From NCBI GenBank assembly GCA_001949185.1, contig BDGG01000003.1, positions 1,811,164-1,875,163 on the forward strand: a DNA stretch of 64,000 bases, written 5' to 3'. This document shows positions 1 through 13,323 of this stretch, one piece after another; positions within the stretch are counted from its first letter, which is position 1; each line of letters opens with the position of its first letter. Position numbers and translations under genes: made by a program. Source of the stretch: Ramazzottius varieornatus (Eukaryota; Animalia; Tardigrada). Under the pieces are notes generated by a model that had not been told where the DNA came from, ran no database searches, and saw only the letters and a program-made list of their open reading frames with translations.

Positions 1-3000
1 GGAGAAAGTTGACTTCGAACAAGCCATTCTCCAGGTATTCTACTGGAACTCCGTAAGGAACATAGATACTGTATTCTCCCGATATCTCCGCGAAGCCTGA
101 TACCATGGCGCCACCTACGAAAAGTGCATGACGTACGGCGGATAGACGCATATGTATGGATGACGTACGTCCTGTAGGTGGCGCCACGAGTAACGGGGTT
201 CGCGAAGATATCGGCGGAATACAGTATACTCGTCCAGCGGTTAGCAGAGACGAGAATAGATTTCTAATTATCACGACAGTTATTCTGTTTTTCTTCGAAG
301 GACTTGGAAATGCTGCAAGTTAAGTTCGACAAGCTTACCCACACTTCGGATAGCTTCGAGCTTCTTCTAAAGTATGCCGAACAGATGATTCGGGAAGGTA
401 CTGCTTATGTAGACGATACCGAGCCCGAGAAAATGAAGGCTGAACGAGAGGAGAGGAAAGAATGTGCTAGCAGGTCCAATAGTAAGCAAAGACTTGAACC
501 ATTTTAACTAGCTTTTTCTCGCATGACTTTCGAACATAGGAGTATTTTGCCGTAGGTGTGGAGACTAACCTGAAGCTTTGGGAGGAAATGAAGAAAGGTA
601 CGAAGAAAGGTCAGCAGTGCTGTGTTCGTGCGAAGATCGACATGAAGTCCGATAACGGTTGCATGCGCGACCCGACGATCTACCGATGCAAACCACAAGA
701 GCACCCCAAGACCGGGAATAAGTACAAGTAAGCACAAGAGAACTCGGAATATTCGGGAGCCCAGTAAATGAAACGTACAAAACCTTGAGTGGCGCATGCT
801 GTCAGCCAGTAATAATGGAAACGTGCGCCACTTGCGCCATCTTGTACGTTTCGTTTGCCGGCCTCCTATTTTGTCTTTAAAATGGAAGACTCTCAATCAA
901 AATCGAGTGAAAATTTGTGTGGATGCTACACGAATGTAGGACTTCTGTGGAATTTTTATGGAGAATTTCGTGTAGGACATATCCAACGTATGACTTCGCG
1001 TGTCCCATCGTGGACAGTGTGGAAGGTGTGACGCACGCTTTGAGGACCACAGAGTACCACGATCGTGATGAGCAGTACGAGTGGTTCCTCGACCAGTTGA
1101 AGCTGCGAAAGCCGCATATTTACGAGTACAGCAGACTCAACTTGATGTACACGCTGCTTTCCAAGCGGAAATTGACGTGGTTTGTCGACCAGAAACTCGT
1201 TGACGGATGGTAAGAAAAGCTTATCCTTGTCAAGCTCACTTTCGCATTACCTTTCAAGCGTAACATATAAAAGCTATCAGTTGTATTACTTCTTAGGGAT
1301 GATCCTCGCTTCCCAACTGTGCGCGGAATCTTGCGACATGGAATGACGGTGGAAGGCCTGAAGAACTTCATCGTGGCTCAGGTAACCTTCTTCGAACTTT
1401 TTCACTTTCAAAACTCAAGATCGTTACCTTTTGTTGTGTGTTGAGTCTGGCTTAGGTTCACGAGATCGTTGTCTTAGTAGAAAACCTATCCAGGTAGTTT
1501 TCTGTTAGGGTAATTTTTGGTATTTTGTTTAGGGTTCTTCGAGGTCCGTTGTGATGATGGACTGGGATAAGCTTTGGGCGTTCAACAAGAAGGTGATCGA
1601 CCCGATCGCTCCTCGCTATACAGCCGTCCTCAAGTCCGACCACGTTCCAGTTTTCGTGTCTAAAGCCGAAGAGAAAGCCAACTCGGATGTGGCGAAGCAT
1701 CCCAAGAACGCGGAAGTGGGCATGAAAACAGTCTGGTATGGCCCGAAGATCCTCATCGACTCTGTGGATGCTGAGGTCGTGAAAGAAGGCGAAACAGTCA
1801 CTTTCATCAACTGGGGCAACCTGAAGATTAAGAGCCTCAAGAAGAATGGTCAAGGGAAAGTCGAAAGTATCGAAGCCGATCTGGAACTGGAAAACACCGA
1901 CTTTAAGAAGGTTCGAAAAATAATTTAGAAACTCTAGCAGACTCTTATTGTATTGTTCTAAGAACACCATGATTTCGCAAACCTGCGTACTCATGTACAG
2001 CAGTCAATCACGTTCATTTGGATGCGGGTGAATGGGAAAAGGACGACAGGCAGATAGCGTCAGAATGTCAGGAACCTGCGTACTTTGTTATCAGGGTACA
2101 ACCTTCACTATGTGTATGCAGGTTTCCGAAGGTGGTCGCACTTTCTGCAGCTTGATCGTTCTTTGGTTTTTTTGCAGACGACGAAGTTGACATGGTTGGC
2201 AGTGACGGACAAAGCTCCTCTGGTTCCCACGGTTTGTATTGAGTATGGGTACCTTATAACGAAAGGGAACTTGGGTAAGGACGAAGAGTGGAAGGACTTT
2301 ATCAACAAAGACAACAAAAAGGAGCAGGAGATGCTTGGTGATCCTGAGCTGAGGAACGTCAAGAAGGGAGACATTATCCAGCTTCAGCGACGCGGCTTCT
2401 ACATCTGCGATAAGGAAGCAAAGGGTGACGAGCCCATCGTGTTGCTGTACGTTCCCGACGGGAAGGAGACGTCGACGTCAGCGGAAGCCGATCTGAAAGC
2501 CAAACAAGGTACGTCTTCAAATTCTCTTTTGTACAATCGTTTCATACGAAAGATGTGAGATAAAGAGTAAGTTACTAATTGGGTGGGTTTGTAGAAGTGA
2601 AGAAGAGCGAGAAGGAGAAGGCTTCAAAAGAAAGCCAGCAAAAATCGTCGAAGGAGCCCAAGAAGGTTGCTTCTCAACAAAACGGAGTTCCCGAAGATGG
2701 ACCTGTAAAGAAGTCCGGTGAGGAGAGAAAGAAGCGGAAGGAGGAAGTGCAGGGTGATGGGAAGAAGGCAGCTGACGGTCCGAAGCAGGTCTCTGATGGA
2801 CCCAAACCGGTGGTGAATGGTGAGAAGAAGTCTGGTGACGGTGGTGGAGGTGACAAGAAAGACAAGAAGGAGAAGCCTCAGAAAGAGAAATCTCAAAAGG
2901 AGAAGCAAGGCGACAAGAAACAGGACGGTGGAGACAAGAAGAAAGCCGGTATGTAAACAGTTCGGCCTCTTTGAAAATTTTGTTGGCATAGACAGTAAAG

Positions 3001-5392
3001 TATACCTGCGTACTTACACGCCTTAGATTTATTTGGACTACGGTACGTAGGTTCATGATGAATGCTTGCATTGGTTCATTTCAGTATGAAAACTGATATC
3101 GCCGGTCTGTTTCAGTTGTGGATTGTCATTCAACATCTTGCGTTATGTTTTAGGTGAAGGTGGCGGTGGGGACAAGGGTGGTGGCAAAGGTGGCGAGAAG
3201 GGGAAGACCCGGCTGGGTATCGAGGTGAAGAAGGACGAGGACCTGTCAGAATGGTACGCTCAAGTTATCACGAAAGCTGAGATGATTGAGTACTACGACA
3301 TCAGCGGTTGCTACATCCTCCGTCCCTGGGCGTATTCTATCTGGGAAGAAATACAGAAGTGGTTTGATGCGGGCATCAAGAAGATGGGCGTCCAGAACTG
3401 TTACTTTCCCATGTTCGTCTCGCAAGCGGCTTTGGAGAAGGAGAAGGACCACATCGCTGACTTCTCGCCTGAGGTTAGTATCTTTCCGTCCATTCAGAAC
3501 TCATCTGCCGAAGTTCTCGTTGTTTCTTGTGCCATTATTCAGGCTTTTTTTCAGGTGGCTTGGGTGACCAAATCAGGAAACACCGATTTAGCCGAGCCCA
3601 TCGCCATTCGACCAACGAGCGAAACTGTCATGTATCCGACGTTCGCGAAATGGATCAAGTCTTACCGAGATCTTCCTTTGAAGATTAACCAGTGGTGTAA
3701 TATTGTCGTAAGTATGAATTTGCTTCGGGCCTGAGCTTCATGAACGAAGTTTAGCAGGAATGGACTGATGGACCGATGTGGCTTTTTGTAGCGGTGGGAG
3801 TTCAAGCATCCTCAGCCATTCCTTCGAACCCGTGAGTTTCTTTGGCAAGAGGGCCACACCGCCTTCGCCACACCCGAAGAAGCCAAGGAGGAAATGTACC
3901 AGATCCTCGACTTGTACGCTGGAGTGTACGAGCACCTGCTGGCGGTCCCTGTCATCAAGGGGCGGAAGACCGAGAAGGAAAAGTTCCCCGGCGGCGACAT
4001 CACGACCACCATCGAAGCGTACATTGCAGGCAGTGGAAGAGCCATCCAGGTATATTCTTCCTGAAGCTTAGCCAGTTCGCGTTCTAAAACTATTCATGAA
4101 TATTACGGTTGGCAACTTGCAAAATTCAAACGGTTATGAAATTCGAAATATGACGTTGAGATGGTGGGACGTCGGTAAACGGAACTCGGCTCTCTGTCCC
4201 GTAGCTGCATACGTGTAGAGTGTAGCTCATGCAAGAGCTCGTGTATGCAGATAAAATTAATGAGCAACCAGATTATTTCGTTCAGTGCCTTCTGGTCTTT
4301 AATAGTAAGCTTCGCACGATTTACTCCGGCTTTCACTTTGCAGGCCGCAACATCCCATCATCTTGGGCAGAACTTCTCCAAGATGTTCCAGATCGTCTTC
4401 GAAGATCCCACAACGGGTCAACCAAAATGCGCCTATCAGAACAGCTGGGGCCTCACGACAAGAACCATCGGTGTCCTGACCATGGTGCATGGTGATGACT
4501 TAGGCCTGGTCCTTCCTCCTCGAGTGGCTTCCATCCAGGTGCTTACATGTTTAGATCTTACGAAAAGGAAACCGGTGATTTGTACAGGTGAATGTATTTC
4601 ATAGGTTATCATCGTTCCTTGCGGTATGACAGCGAGCATGAAAGAGGACGAACGAGGGCAGCTGCTCGCGAAGGCGGAAGAATACAAGCAGAAGCTGATC
4701 GAAGCTGGCATCCGCGCCGAGAAGGATGTGCGTGATAACTACTCTCCCGGCTGGAAGTTCAGCCACTGGGAAGTAAAGGGTGTGCCTGTCCGGTTGGAAG
4801 TGGGTCCGAAGGATATGGCCAGTCAGACCTTCGTGGCGGTCAGGCGAGATACCAGTGCGAAAGTCACCGGGCTGAAAGAGGCCGAAGCAGTAGGAAAGAT
4901 AAAGGAGTTGTTGGATGATATCCATAACAACCTATTCAACAAGTAAGAAGCAGCTCGATTTGTTTCACGAATAGTCTGGATTCTAACTCCGCTTTGCAGT
5001 GCAAAGAAACAGCAGCAAGAGAATCTTGGCGTGGTCGACTCGGACTGGAAAGAGTTCTGCGACAAGCTAGACAAGAAGATGATCTTGATGATTCCGTTCT
5101 GCGAGGAGAAGGAATGCGAGGAAGTAGTGAAGAAGGAGAGCGCACGGTTAGTTACTGTGGATATTTTTTCCTAGTTTCCTCTGTGCGACTGAGTTTGTTT
5201 CGACGAATGAACGAGGGCTTTCTGTGCTGCAGGAACCAAGTTTCTGTGGAAGCTGGAGCTCCAGCCATGGGTGCCAAGAGTCTCTGTATTCCATTCGAGC
5301 AGCCCAAGAAGCTGGCACCAGGAACCAAGTGCCTGTCACCCGGATGCAAGAACGAGGCAAAGTCCTTCACACTGTTCGGCCGAAGCTACTGA
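1..5392 (+). CDS. EPRS1: Bifunctional glutamyl-prolyl-tRNA synthetase, multi-exon, 5' end outside the window
   Basis: Spliced exons give GluRS motifs ([77 protein letters not shown]). A K/G/E-rich linker follows, then ProRS motifs ([76 protein letters not shown]-terminal LFGRSY*). Introns checked are GT-AG. Confidence 0.97.
69..224. mobile_element. MITE of the pogo/Tc2-like family in an EPRS intron
   Basis: Imperfect TIRs CTGTATTCTCCCGATATCTCCGCGAA / TTCGCGAAGATATCGGCGGAATACAG with TA on both sides. Reverse complement of 25443-25599. TIR matches the ends of the element at 48328-49970. Confidence 0.9.
786..834. repeat. Family A intronic palindrome core (27-bp spacer), EPRS intron
   Basis: tgagtggcgca-N27-tgcgccacttg, with degenerate outer arms about 755-868. 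Confidence 0.85.
1981..2123. repeat. Family B module, two units, EPRS intron
   Basis: acctgcgtac-N29-ggatgcgggt (1981-2029) and acctgcgtac-N30-gtatgcaggt (2074-2123). Confidence 0.75.
3004..3052. repeat. Family B module, EPRS intron
   Basis: acctgcgtac-N29-gtacgtaggt. Confidence 0.7.
4203..4252. repeat. Family B module, EPRS intron
   Basis: agctgcatac-N30-gtatgcagat. Confidence 0.7.
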
Positions 5393-6027
5393 GTCCCAAC
5401 TTTTTTATTTGCTTCTTATGTTAGCTTTTTATACGCCTCTTATCTTTGCTGTTCGCGTTGCTGCTTTTGAACTGTTGCTGCTACCTGCCGTCGAACTATT
5501 TTTCCCTCATCGATGCGTTGTTCATGCGATGGTCAATTGATCACGCCAACCAGGTACCGTCAGATATGTGCTCCTGTCCATCGTTAGTTTCCACGTGAAA
5601 TATCCTGCAGTAAATCTATCGACTTGGCGATCGCATTCGAGCGAACGAAAGCTCAGGGAAACACATAACGACTCGTCGTACGGTCGTGGAAAGCCCATAG
5701 CTATTCGCGTTGATTGGAAGCTTGATTGACTTCACTTGCCTCATGTTTCTTCACTTTCCAAGTCGTATCGCGGCAAAAGCGGCGTAGCTCCCGAAGAGAG
5801 AAGACGACGTTTCGCTAAAACGCTTTATAACTCGAAAAGCATGTCGAGACACAAAGATTTCCAGTTCATTCTTTATTCATGTCCCGCATGGAGAAGGGAA
5901 ATTATGAGATGGAAAGCATGACTGGCGCAGGCTTCTGAACAGCAACATCGACGATACCATCTACGCTTGTAATGTCTAGATAGTCCCGAGTTTAACTCCA
6001 GCCTGTTCAGCTCCCAGAATGATATTT

Positions 6028-6372
6028 CTAATCCAGCTGCAACAAGAGCAAAGTGCCAGAATGATAATGTTTCCGAGCGCAGACAAAAAGGAGCATTCTT
6101 CTACGACACTCTCTTCTCACCTTCTTGAATCCGATCTGGCTGGCGTTTTCTCTGAAACACTGCCTGCAGACGTTCAGGCTGTACTTTCTTATGAGACCAT
6201 GTCCATTTCCACATACCCGGCTACAAACAAATACGATGAATGAGGTTAGGAAGACAGCTGTCCAGAAAGGATGATCGGCAGAAACAGGAAAGGAACAATC
6301 AACCACTTACCATGCGCGCGATCCCGGTCCGAACTTCCTCGGATGCTGGAAATAGATGTTCTTGTGACCCAT
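6028..6372 (-). CDS. RPS29: 40S ribosomal protein S29 (uS14), 3 coding exons
   Basis: Spliced translation [56 protein letters not shown]. Confidence 0.97.
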
Positions 6373-7096
6373 CTTGGCAGATTCGTAGAACAGAGGCTCC
6401 TTTCACCTAAATCCTTCGTCAGCTGGGGAGAAGAGGAGATTCTGCGCAGGAATGAACGAGGTAGACGCTGGAGAGTCGAGGTCTTCCTTCTGCTTTGAAC
6501 GAACTACGAGTCTAAGGCCCATTCGGAAATCGGTGAGATGATTTATTTCCCGGTGATTTATTTATTTATTTATATCGTACACCATTATGACATGACATAA
6601 CGCACAACATGGCATATAAACCGACATGGTGACGTCATGGTACTGCGTGACGGACCAAGTTGAACTTGAATTTTATCGACCTCGTCCTTGAAACTGCTTC
6701 CGCCTCAAGACACCGAGAGGCTTGTGATAGCTAACTAAGCATTTACAAAGAGACTTGAGAACCACGATCAGGATTATCGATATCATGGCCGGAAACACGC
6801 TACAACGAGCAGGATTCCTGCTGCAGGAACAACCAAGAAAATCGAAAGCTATGACTCGGGAATCAATGCGTATTACCCACAGCCCAGCCAAGCTTCAAAC
6901 AGTTCCGGGTCTTCCGCAGGATCAAATTAGAATCGAAGACAAAAAACCACTATTCACTAGCAAGTGCCAGGACCCGCTGCAAATTGAGGAATTCTCAAAA
7001 CAAGAATAAATGCTAACCAGACATCAACAAGGAAGTTTATCACAGACTACAACCTTGAACGAGAAGCACAAACGATAAGCAGCCACTCTTCTACAT

Positions 7097-7869
7097 TCAC
7101 CGCTTTTCCACCGCCTTAAACCGAGCTTCTGAAAAAAGACAAGATCACCGCTGAAATGAAAACAACCAATTAAATACTGCCAGACTTTGAGGGAGCACAG
7201 TTACCAAGTTGCTTTGCATAGGTATCTAATCGGAAGATAGTCCGCTCCAGTTCATTAACCTGAGTTTCCACCAAGTCTATCCGATCCAGGAAAGGCTTTA
7301 TACAGCTAACTGTAACGAAAAACATCATCTTATAGGTCGGAATTGTTTCAAGATACCACCAGTAGAGAGTAAGCACTACGAATTTAATTCATACATCGGT
7401 CGTTGGTGGTCTTGAGGGATGTCTTCGCGTTCTTCGTAGTGACGAGGAGCTGAGCATACTTTTCCGTCGACACGTTGTTCATTTCTTGAATAAGACGGTA
7501 ATCTTCCGCAGTCACTACAAGAGAGATGTGGTTTGAAATATCCGAGAGTTAATGAAGCGAAGAAGTACCCAGCTGAAAAGAACCCCCCAAGACCCCTCCG
7601 CTGAGGGGGATTAACTTTTTCCCCTCAGCCATTTAGCTCTGCAAAAACCATCCCATATGCTCGTGCATTCGCCACTATTTAAAGGCACCTTCGAATTCAC
7701 TCTTGAGGTATTCGGAAGTCCTTCCGAGTAGGTTTTTGTACAGTCTTTGGATTTCCTCCATGTCGAACACCGAGTCGACCCCCTCGGATACGTCCGAGAC
7801 AGCAGGTACCCGATCTGGCTCGGACGGATGACCCTCTATCTTTTCAGCTGTCTCCTGTCGTCTCTCCAT
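7097..7869 (-). CDS. BLOC1S2: BLOC-1 subunit 2-like coiled-coil protein, 4 coding exons
   Basis: ...RTSEYLKSEFE/VTAEDYRLIQEMNNVSTEKY.../IKPFLDRIDLVETQVNELERTIFRLDTYAKQL/EARFKAVEKR*, matching the BLOC1S2 pattern. Confidence 0.85.
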
Positions 7870-9113
7870 CTTCCTAGAATAAAATTTGATGTTATGCCAT
7901 ATTTTTCCTTGATGAAAAGAATCTGAGATGGTAGGGCATACCTTTCAGAATTCAGACAGTGAAGGCGGCAGTTTGGCGATGGCTTCCCGCAACACCCCCC
8001 GCTTCTCCGATCTCAGGGGAAGCTCACACGCGACGATCCTTTCGGGTACCTACGATTTATATTTAATCAGATACTTATTGAATATATTCCTAGCAAAAGG
8101 AGGACAAAAATGACCGGAAAGTGGTCAGAAACGGCCACAAAAACATGGCGCTTTTATAATGGTGCAGTCTTCTGGTTGAGGGCTATAATCAAATCAACTG
8201 GTGCATGTGCATGAGCCTTTTGCAAGGTGTGCATGCACAGCGCGCCGACGGCCTGGCCCAGGTATAAGGTCATTTCGATGACTCAAATTAGACAGAAATT
8301 GTGGTTGGATGGCTAACGGGAAAGTCCCCAATCAGAAGCAGGCCATGATGTTACTGGCTGTTATCCTGCTGGATCGGTTTTGGCACCGCCTACCTCTCCT
8401 TGCTTTCGTATAAAAGCCACCCGCGACCATGCGGTTCATCTCCCACAGTCGCGCTCACTTTTTCAGTCTTGCTTTTCCACTTGGCGAGGAGGATTTCCAA
8501 CACTGTACCTAGGTGCGCGCTGCTTTTCCGTTCAAGAAGACGTAGTGCGCATTGTGCGCAAGAAGCTGTGCATCATCCCACTGATGATTTGGAACCAGTC
8601 TCCTCTCTGAGGCTCTGTCTCATCTCTCGGGCTGATTGCGTCCTCATTTTCATTCAGACTTAACACCTGTGGTACCATCCAGGTAAACAATGAAACAAAA
8701 CTTTTGAATTATCGAGGTTACGTACTTTAGGACTAGAAAGTGATTGCGAAATTGTGGACTTCCAACCGTGCAGTCGTAGAAGGCGGCCTTTTTCTGCTAA
8801 GCAGCTTTGTCTTTCGCCAGCTGAATCAGAAGTAGGTCTGTACTTAGGTGCATGGTGCTCGTAGAGATATTAACGCGCGCGGAGCCATTGCGCATCGGTC
8901 ATATAGATACATCTGCTGTGTGATTTCATGTGGTTACTTGCTGCGTATGTGGGTGTCGCGGTGTGCATTTCCATTGAAACTGCGCATCATCCTGTTCAGT
9001 CCATTGATTGTGTTTGTTGATTTTACAGGTTTCATCCTGGTAGATTTCGATGGCAGTTTCGACGCTCTTCTGATCCATCATTTTGTGGGTTTTAACTATT
9101 CTCATCTGGACGA

Positions 9114-12100
9114 ATGACAATAATGGATGTGGAGCAGCAGGCTGAAGCCGGAGCGCAGCTGGTCGACAAGATCCACGGGCCCCACACGGTCGACTCGCCA
9201 CCGCCGTCTTCTGGCCAGCATCTCGACAATCTCGTCTCATCGTCAGTCTCGTCGGATAACAGCAACAGCACTCACCATGACGAAGGTGAAACCCAGCCGG
9301 AAGAACCTGTGGAGGTGGATAGCAACAAAGTGGAGAACGAGGCCGTGAAGGAAACAAGGATAATCACTGTTGAACCACCAACTGAAGAGTTACCTGTCGC
9401 AACATCTTCGTCTTCGCCCCCACCTCTTGCTATCTCAGAAGAAATTACGGAAGAGAAACCAGAAGACACTAAGACGAAAGCTGTACAGAGTCCACAGAAC
9501 TCACAAGCTGAAGTTCAACCAGAAGAAACTCAACCGGAAGAAGTCAAACAAGAAGTGAAAGCTGAACAAGTCAAGGATGAAGCGAAGAACGAAGAAGCCG
9601 TGGATGCTTCTGTTGAATTACCTGTTGTTCCTCCGCAGAACGTTGAGGAGGTTGAAAAGCCAAGTGAGCTTTGTTTGCATAAGAAAATAAGCTTTAGAAG
9701 TTGACTAGCTTTTTCTTTCTAGGAGAAGTTGCGCCGGTCGCTCTGCCTTACGTCCCATCGCCTCCACCATCAACAGAGAGCCGAGCTCCGGTCATCAACG
9801 GCATCGTTCAGCCATCTTTCATGCTTCCGCCTGGCCGAACTCCTGTCCTGACCAACCAGCTTAGGTTTCTTCAAAACAACGTCATCAAGGCTATGTGGGC
9901 CCATAAGTTCTCGGCGCCGTTTAAAGCACCCGTCGACGCTGTTCGGCTGAACTTACCGGACTACCACACCGTCATTACGCACCCGATGGATATGGGGACC
10001 ATCAAGAAACGCCTCGAGAACTTCTGGTACGGGTTTTATGTAAAGTTTGAGTAACGAGGCAAGAGTAGCGAATCGGTCATCGTCTATCTGCTCTGTACGT
10101 CACCCATGGGGAGCTAAGGGGTGGTTGAATTACGAGTCACGCCCCCTGTTAGAGGGGGTGCCCGGTTTGCGCTATTTGCCACGAATCGTGCATTCGAGCT
10201 GCAGAAAGATTTGCTCTTAGTCCTTTCAACTTGTTTTTTCATGAGGAATGTTTGGTGCTCTTCAGGTATACATCGGGGCAGCAGTGTGTTGAGGACTTTC
10301 GTCTGATGTTCAACAACTGCTACCGCTACAACCCTCCTGGCCACATCATCTACCAATGGGCCCAGGAGTTGGAAAAGAACCTGAATTCTCGCCTTTCCAG
10401 CCTTCCTACGCCTGAACTGATCGTTCCGTTCGCCACCAAAAGCAAGAGCAGCAAGAAGGCACCAGCTCCGAAGCGAGCAGCCAACCCTGTCGTCAAGAAC
10501 GAAGTCTCTTCTTCCAACGGTGAACGTTCGGCCTACAACGCACAGGTGGGAATAAACCTTGCCAATGCGAGTCAGTCCAACAAAGAAGCGCAATCTTCTC
10601 AAGCTGGTCTAAACTCTGCTGTAAGGGCTTACTTGAAATAGTGGCGTCTTTTAATGTTGGGAGCTACTCGGGAACACCCGACGAGATTGATTTCCCAAGT
10701 GGCGCACGTTCCGGCGTTGTTGGCCGAAAGCGTACGCCACTTGGAAGAACTATCTTCTGCGGTTGAGCTTCCTTACAGTTTCATAATTTTTCATTCGGAA
10801 AGTTTTCAATGTTGTAATTTACTCTCTTTAGCCCGTCTTTCTTCGTAATGCTGGTGGTCCTTCCACGAACGAACCACCCATTATGCCCCAGCCCACAGTG
10901 CAGCCGACGACGATGAAGGGCATACCAAGCACCAAGAAAGGTGTAAAGAGGAAAGCGGACACGACCACCCCGTTAATGGAGGCACCCATCTCGTTTCGAC
11001 CTTCCCTTCCGCTTACACCTCAGAGTTCCGTGGGCCAACACCACAGCAAGCGCACAATCAAGGCTCCCACACGAGACCTACCCGACGAAGTCATACCGCA
11101 TAAGATCAGCAGCAAGAACAGGCCGCCGATGTCAGACGCTATGAGGTACGTCTAAACTTTTCCATCAGAACACCAGAATCCAGATGTTTATGAGCAGATG
11201 ACTTGAAACCAGATTGATTCGCAAGTGACACACGCTCATGGCCATGAACACTGCAGACGTGCGCCACTTGGGAAAACGGTGTGGTTCAGTTCGTTTGCCC
11301 GCGTCTCATACTGCCCTGCTAACTTGACACTGCTTTCTTTAGGCACTGTTCGAATATCCTGAAAGAACTACTCGGTAACAAGCATTCCGCCTATGCTTGG
11401 CCCTTCCGCAAGCCGGTGGATGTAGCAGCGTTGAACTTGAGAGACTACTTTGACATTATCAAGCACCCGATGGACTTGGGGACCATCAAGGAGAAGATGG
11501 TTAACAGGGAGTACAGCACGGCCAGGGAGTTCGAACAGGACGTCAGGCTGGTCTTCACCAACTGCTACCGATACAATCCGGCCGAGCATGACGTCGTCAA
11601 GATGGCCCGTCAACTTCAGGTACCAAATCCTCGAGCTGAAAAATAATCTGGATGGATTATTATGGTTGGGCTTTGTGTTCTGTAGCAAGTCTTCGAATCG
11701 AAGTTCGCACAACTGCCGGAGGAGATTTACAACGCGCCAGTTCCGTCGAAACCTTCGACGAGCAAGTCGAAGAAGCGACCTCGCGGAGACGAGACGGATG
11801 CATCGTCAGGAGACGAGGAGGATGGCGAAGACAGTGGAACGGACTCCGACGAGTCTGATGATGGGAAGACTGCCAATTTACTGGCTCTACAACAACAACT
11901 GGCCAAAGTAACTACTGAAGTATCTGTGAAAATTTTTTGCGTGTTTCTAGAATTCAATCCAAAATCTTTAAATGGAAACTCGGCAAACACGCTTAACAAA
12001 ATTATTTTCCCAAGTGGCGCACGTTTCCGGTGCTATCATCTGAAAATGTGCGCCACTTGGAACAACGATCTTAGCGAGTGCGCCCAGGTCCCAGATGTTT

Positions 12101-13323
12101 TTGGACTGGTTTGCCAACTTCGCTTGGATTGGTTGTAGGTTCAAGAGCAAATTAAGGTATTGGCAGAGCACAAACCAAAGAAAAAGAAGAAGAAAGTGCC
12201 CGAAGGCGAGCGAACATCCAGTACGCCGAAGCACGGTGGCGGTGGGCAGAAGAGAGGACATTCCAGTAAGGTGGCGGGTCCTCATTCACCAGCCACCTCG
12301 GCTTCGGTCTCTCCGCCGAAAAAGAAACAGAAGACCGGCGGTACCGCTGGTGGCAAGGACAACGCAGCGTACAACAAGCCGCCGACGACCAAAGCCAAAA
12401 GTGGAACTTCCACCAACAGTAAAAAGTAAGCTGGAATCTTCATCGTGAAATATTTCTGATCGTTTGTTCTTAAAGTTGCTGTTTTCTTTTAGGGCCTCTT
12501 CGAAGTCGAAACCAAAGACTCCCCAAACCAACGGTGGCTTCGCTCAGCCTCCCACTTCGACGGCTGTCTACGATAGCGATGCGGAAGACAACGAGCCACC
12601 ACCGATGTCGTACGACGAGACGAGAAAGCTCAGCTTGGATATCAACCGTCTTCCTCCGGAGAAGTTGGGCCGCGTCGTTACCATCATTCAAACGTAAGAC
12701 ATTGAACGACGATCAAAACTCGAAAGGGTTTGCGAGACAGATCGTTTTTCTAAGTGGCGCAAGCCTTTCGCCAGTACCACCGGAGACGCGATTCACTTGA
12801 AAAAACCATCTGATCGAATCTGTTTGCCGAGTTCTTAACTTACCTCACGACAGCATTTGGAGGTTCTCCCCCGACGACATTTTTGCGAGTTATTCAGATT
12901 TGTTCTTGGTTTTGATAATATTAATATGTGCGCTTCTTTTGCAGGAGAGAACCGGGTCTGAAAGACACCAATCCCGACGAGATCGAGATTGACTTTGCCA
13001 CGTTAAAGTCAGCCACACTGCACGAACTACGCACGTACGTCAACTCGATTCTCCATCGTCGTGGACGACCTCCCGGCAGTGGGGCTTCGAAGCCCAAAAA
13101 GACGTTGCAGTCGGGCGAGAAGAAGGCACCCGGCAAGAAGCCAGGTCCCAAGAAGGGGGCTAAAGCTGCCGCCGCGGCGGCGGCTGCAGCAGCTGGAGGT
13201 GGGACAGCTTCTAGCGGAGGTCTGAAGAAGGTGCCGGGAGCTGAGAGCGGCCACTTGAGTGACAGCTCGTCCTCGTCGGGCTCGTCGTCATCTGGCAGCT
13301 CTTCGGATAGCGATAGTGATTAA
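9114..13323 (+). CDS. BET-family protein (BRD2/3/4, fs(1)h-like): BD1, BD2, ET domain and Ser/Asp tail
   Basis: BD1 (TNQLRFL...[31 protein letters not shown]...MFNNCYRYN), motif [16 protein letters not shown]2 ([11 protein letters not shown]...[11 protein letters not shown]...[19 protein letters not shown]), ET ([26 protein letters not shown]...[13 protein letters not shown]), SSSSDSDSD*. Confidence 0.95.
10696..10743. repeat. Family A intronic palindrome core, BET intron
   Basis: caagtggcgca-N26-tacgccacttg. Confidence 0.85.
11222..11270. repeat. Family A intronic palindrome core, BET intron
   Basis: caagtgacaca-N27-tgcgccacttg. Confidence 0.8.
12011..12059. repeat. Family A intronic palindrome core, BET intron
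   Basis: caagtggcgca-N27-tgcgccacttg, perfect arms. Confidence 0.9.
12751..12799. repeat. Family A intronic palindrome core, BET intron
   Basis: taagtggcgca-N27-cgattcacttg, with outer arm ...tctgtttgccgagttc. Confidence 0.75.

Noticed and set aside
6037-6310. Intronic snoRNA in RPS29
   Set aside because: Introns are about 85-90 bp with no convincing C/D or H/ACA arrangement.
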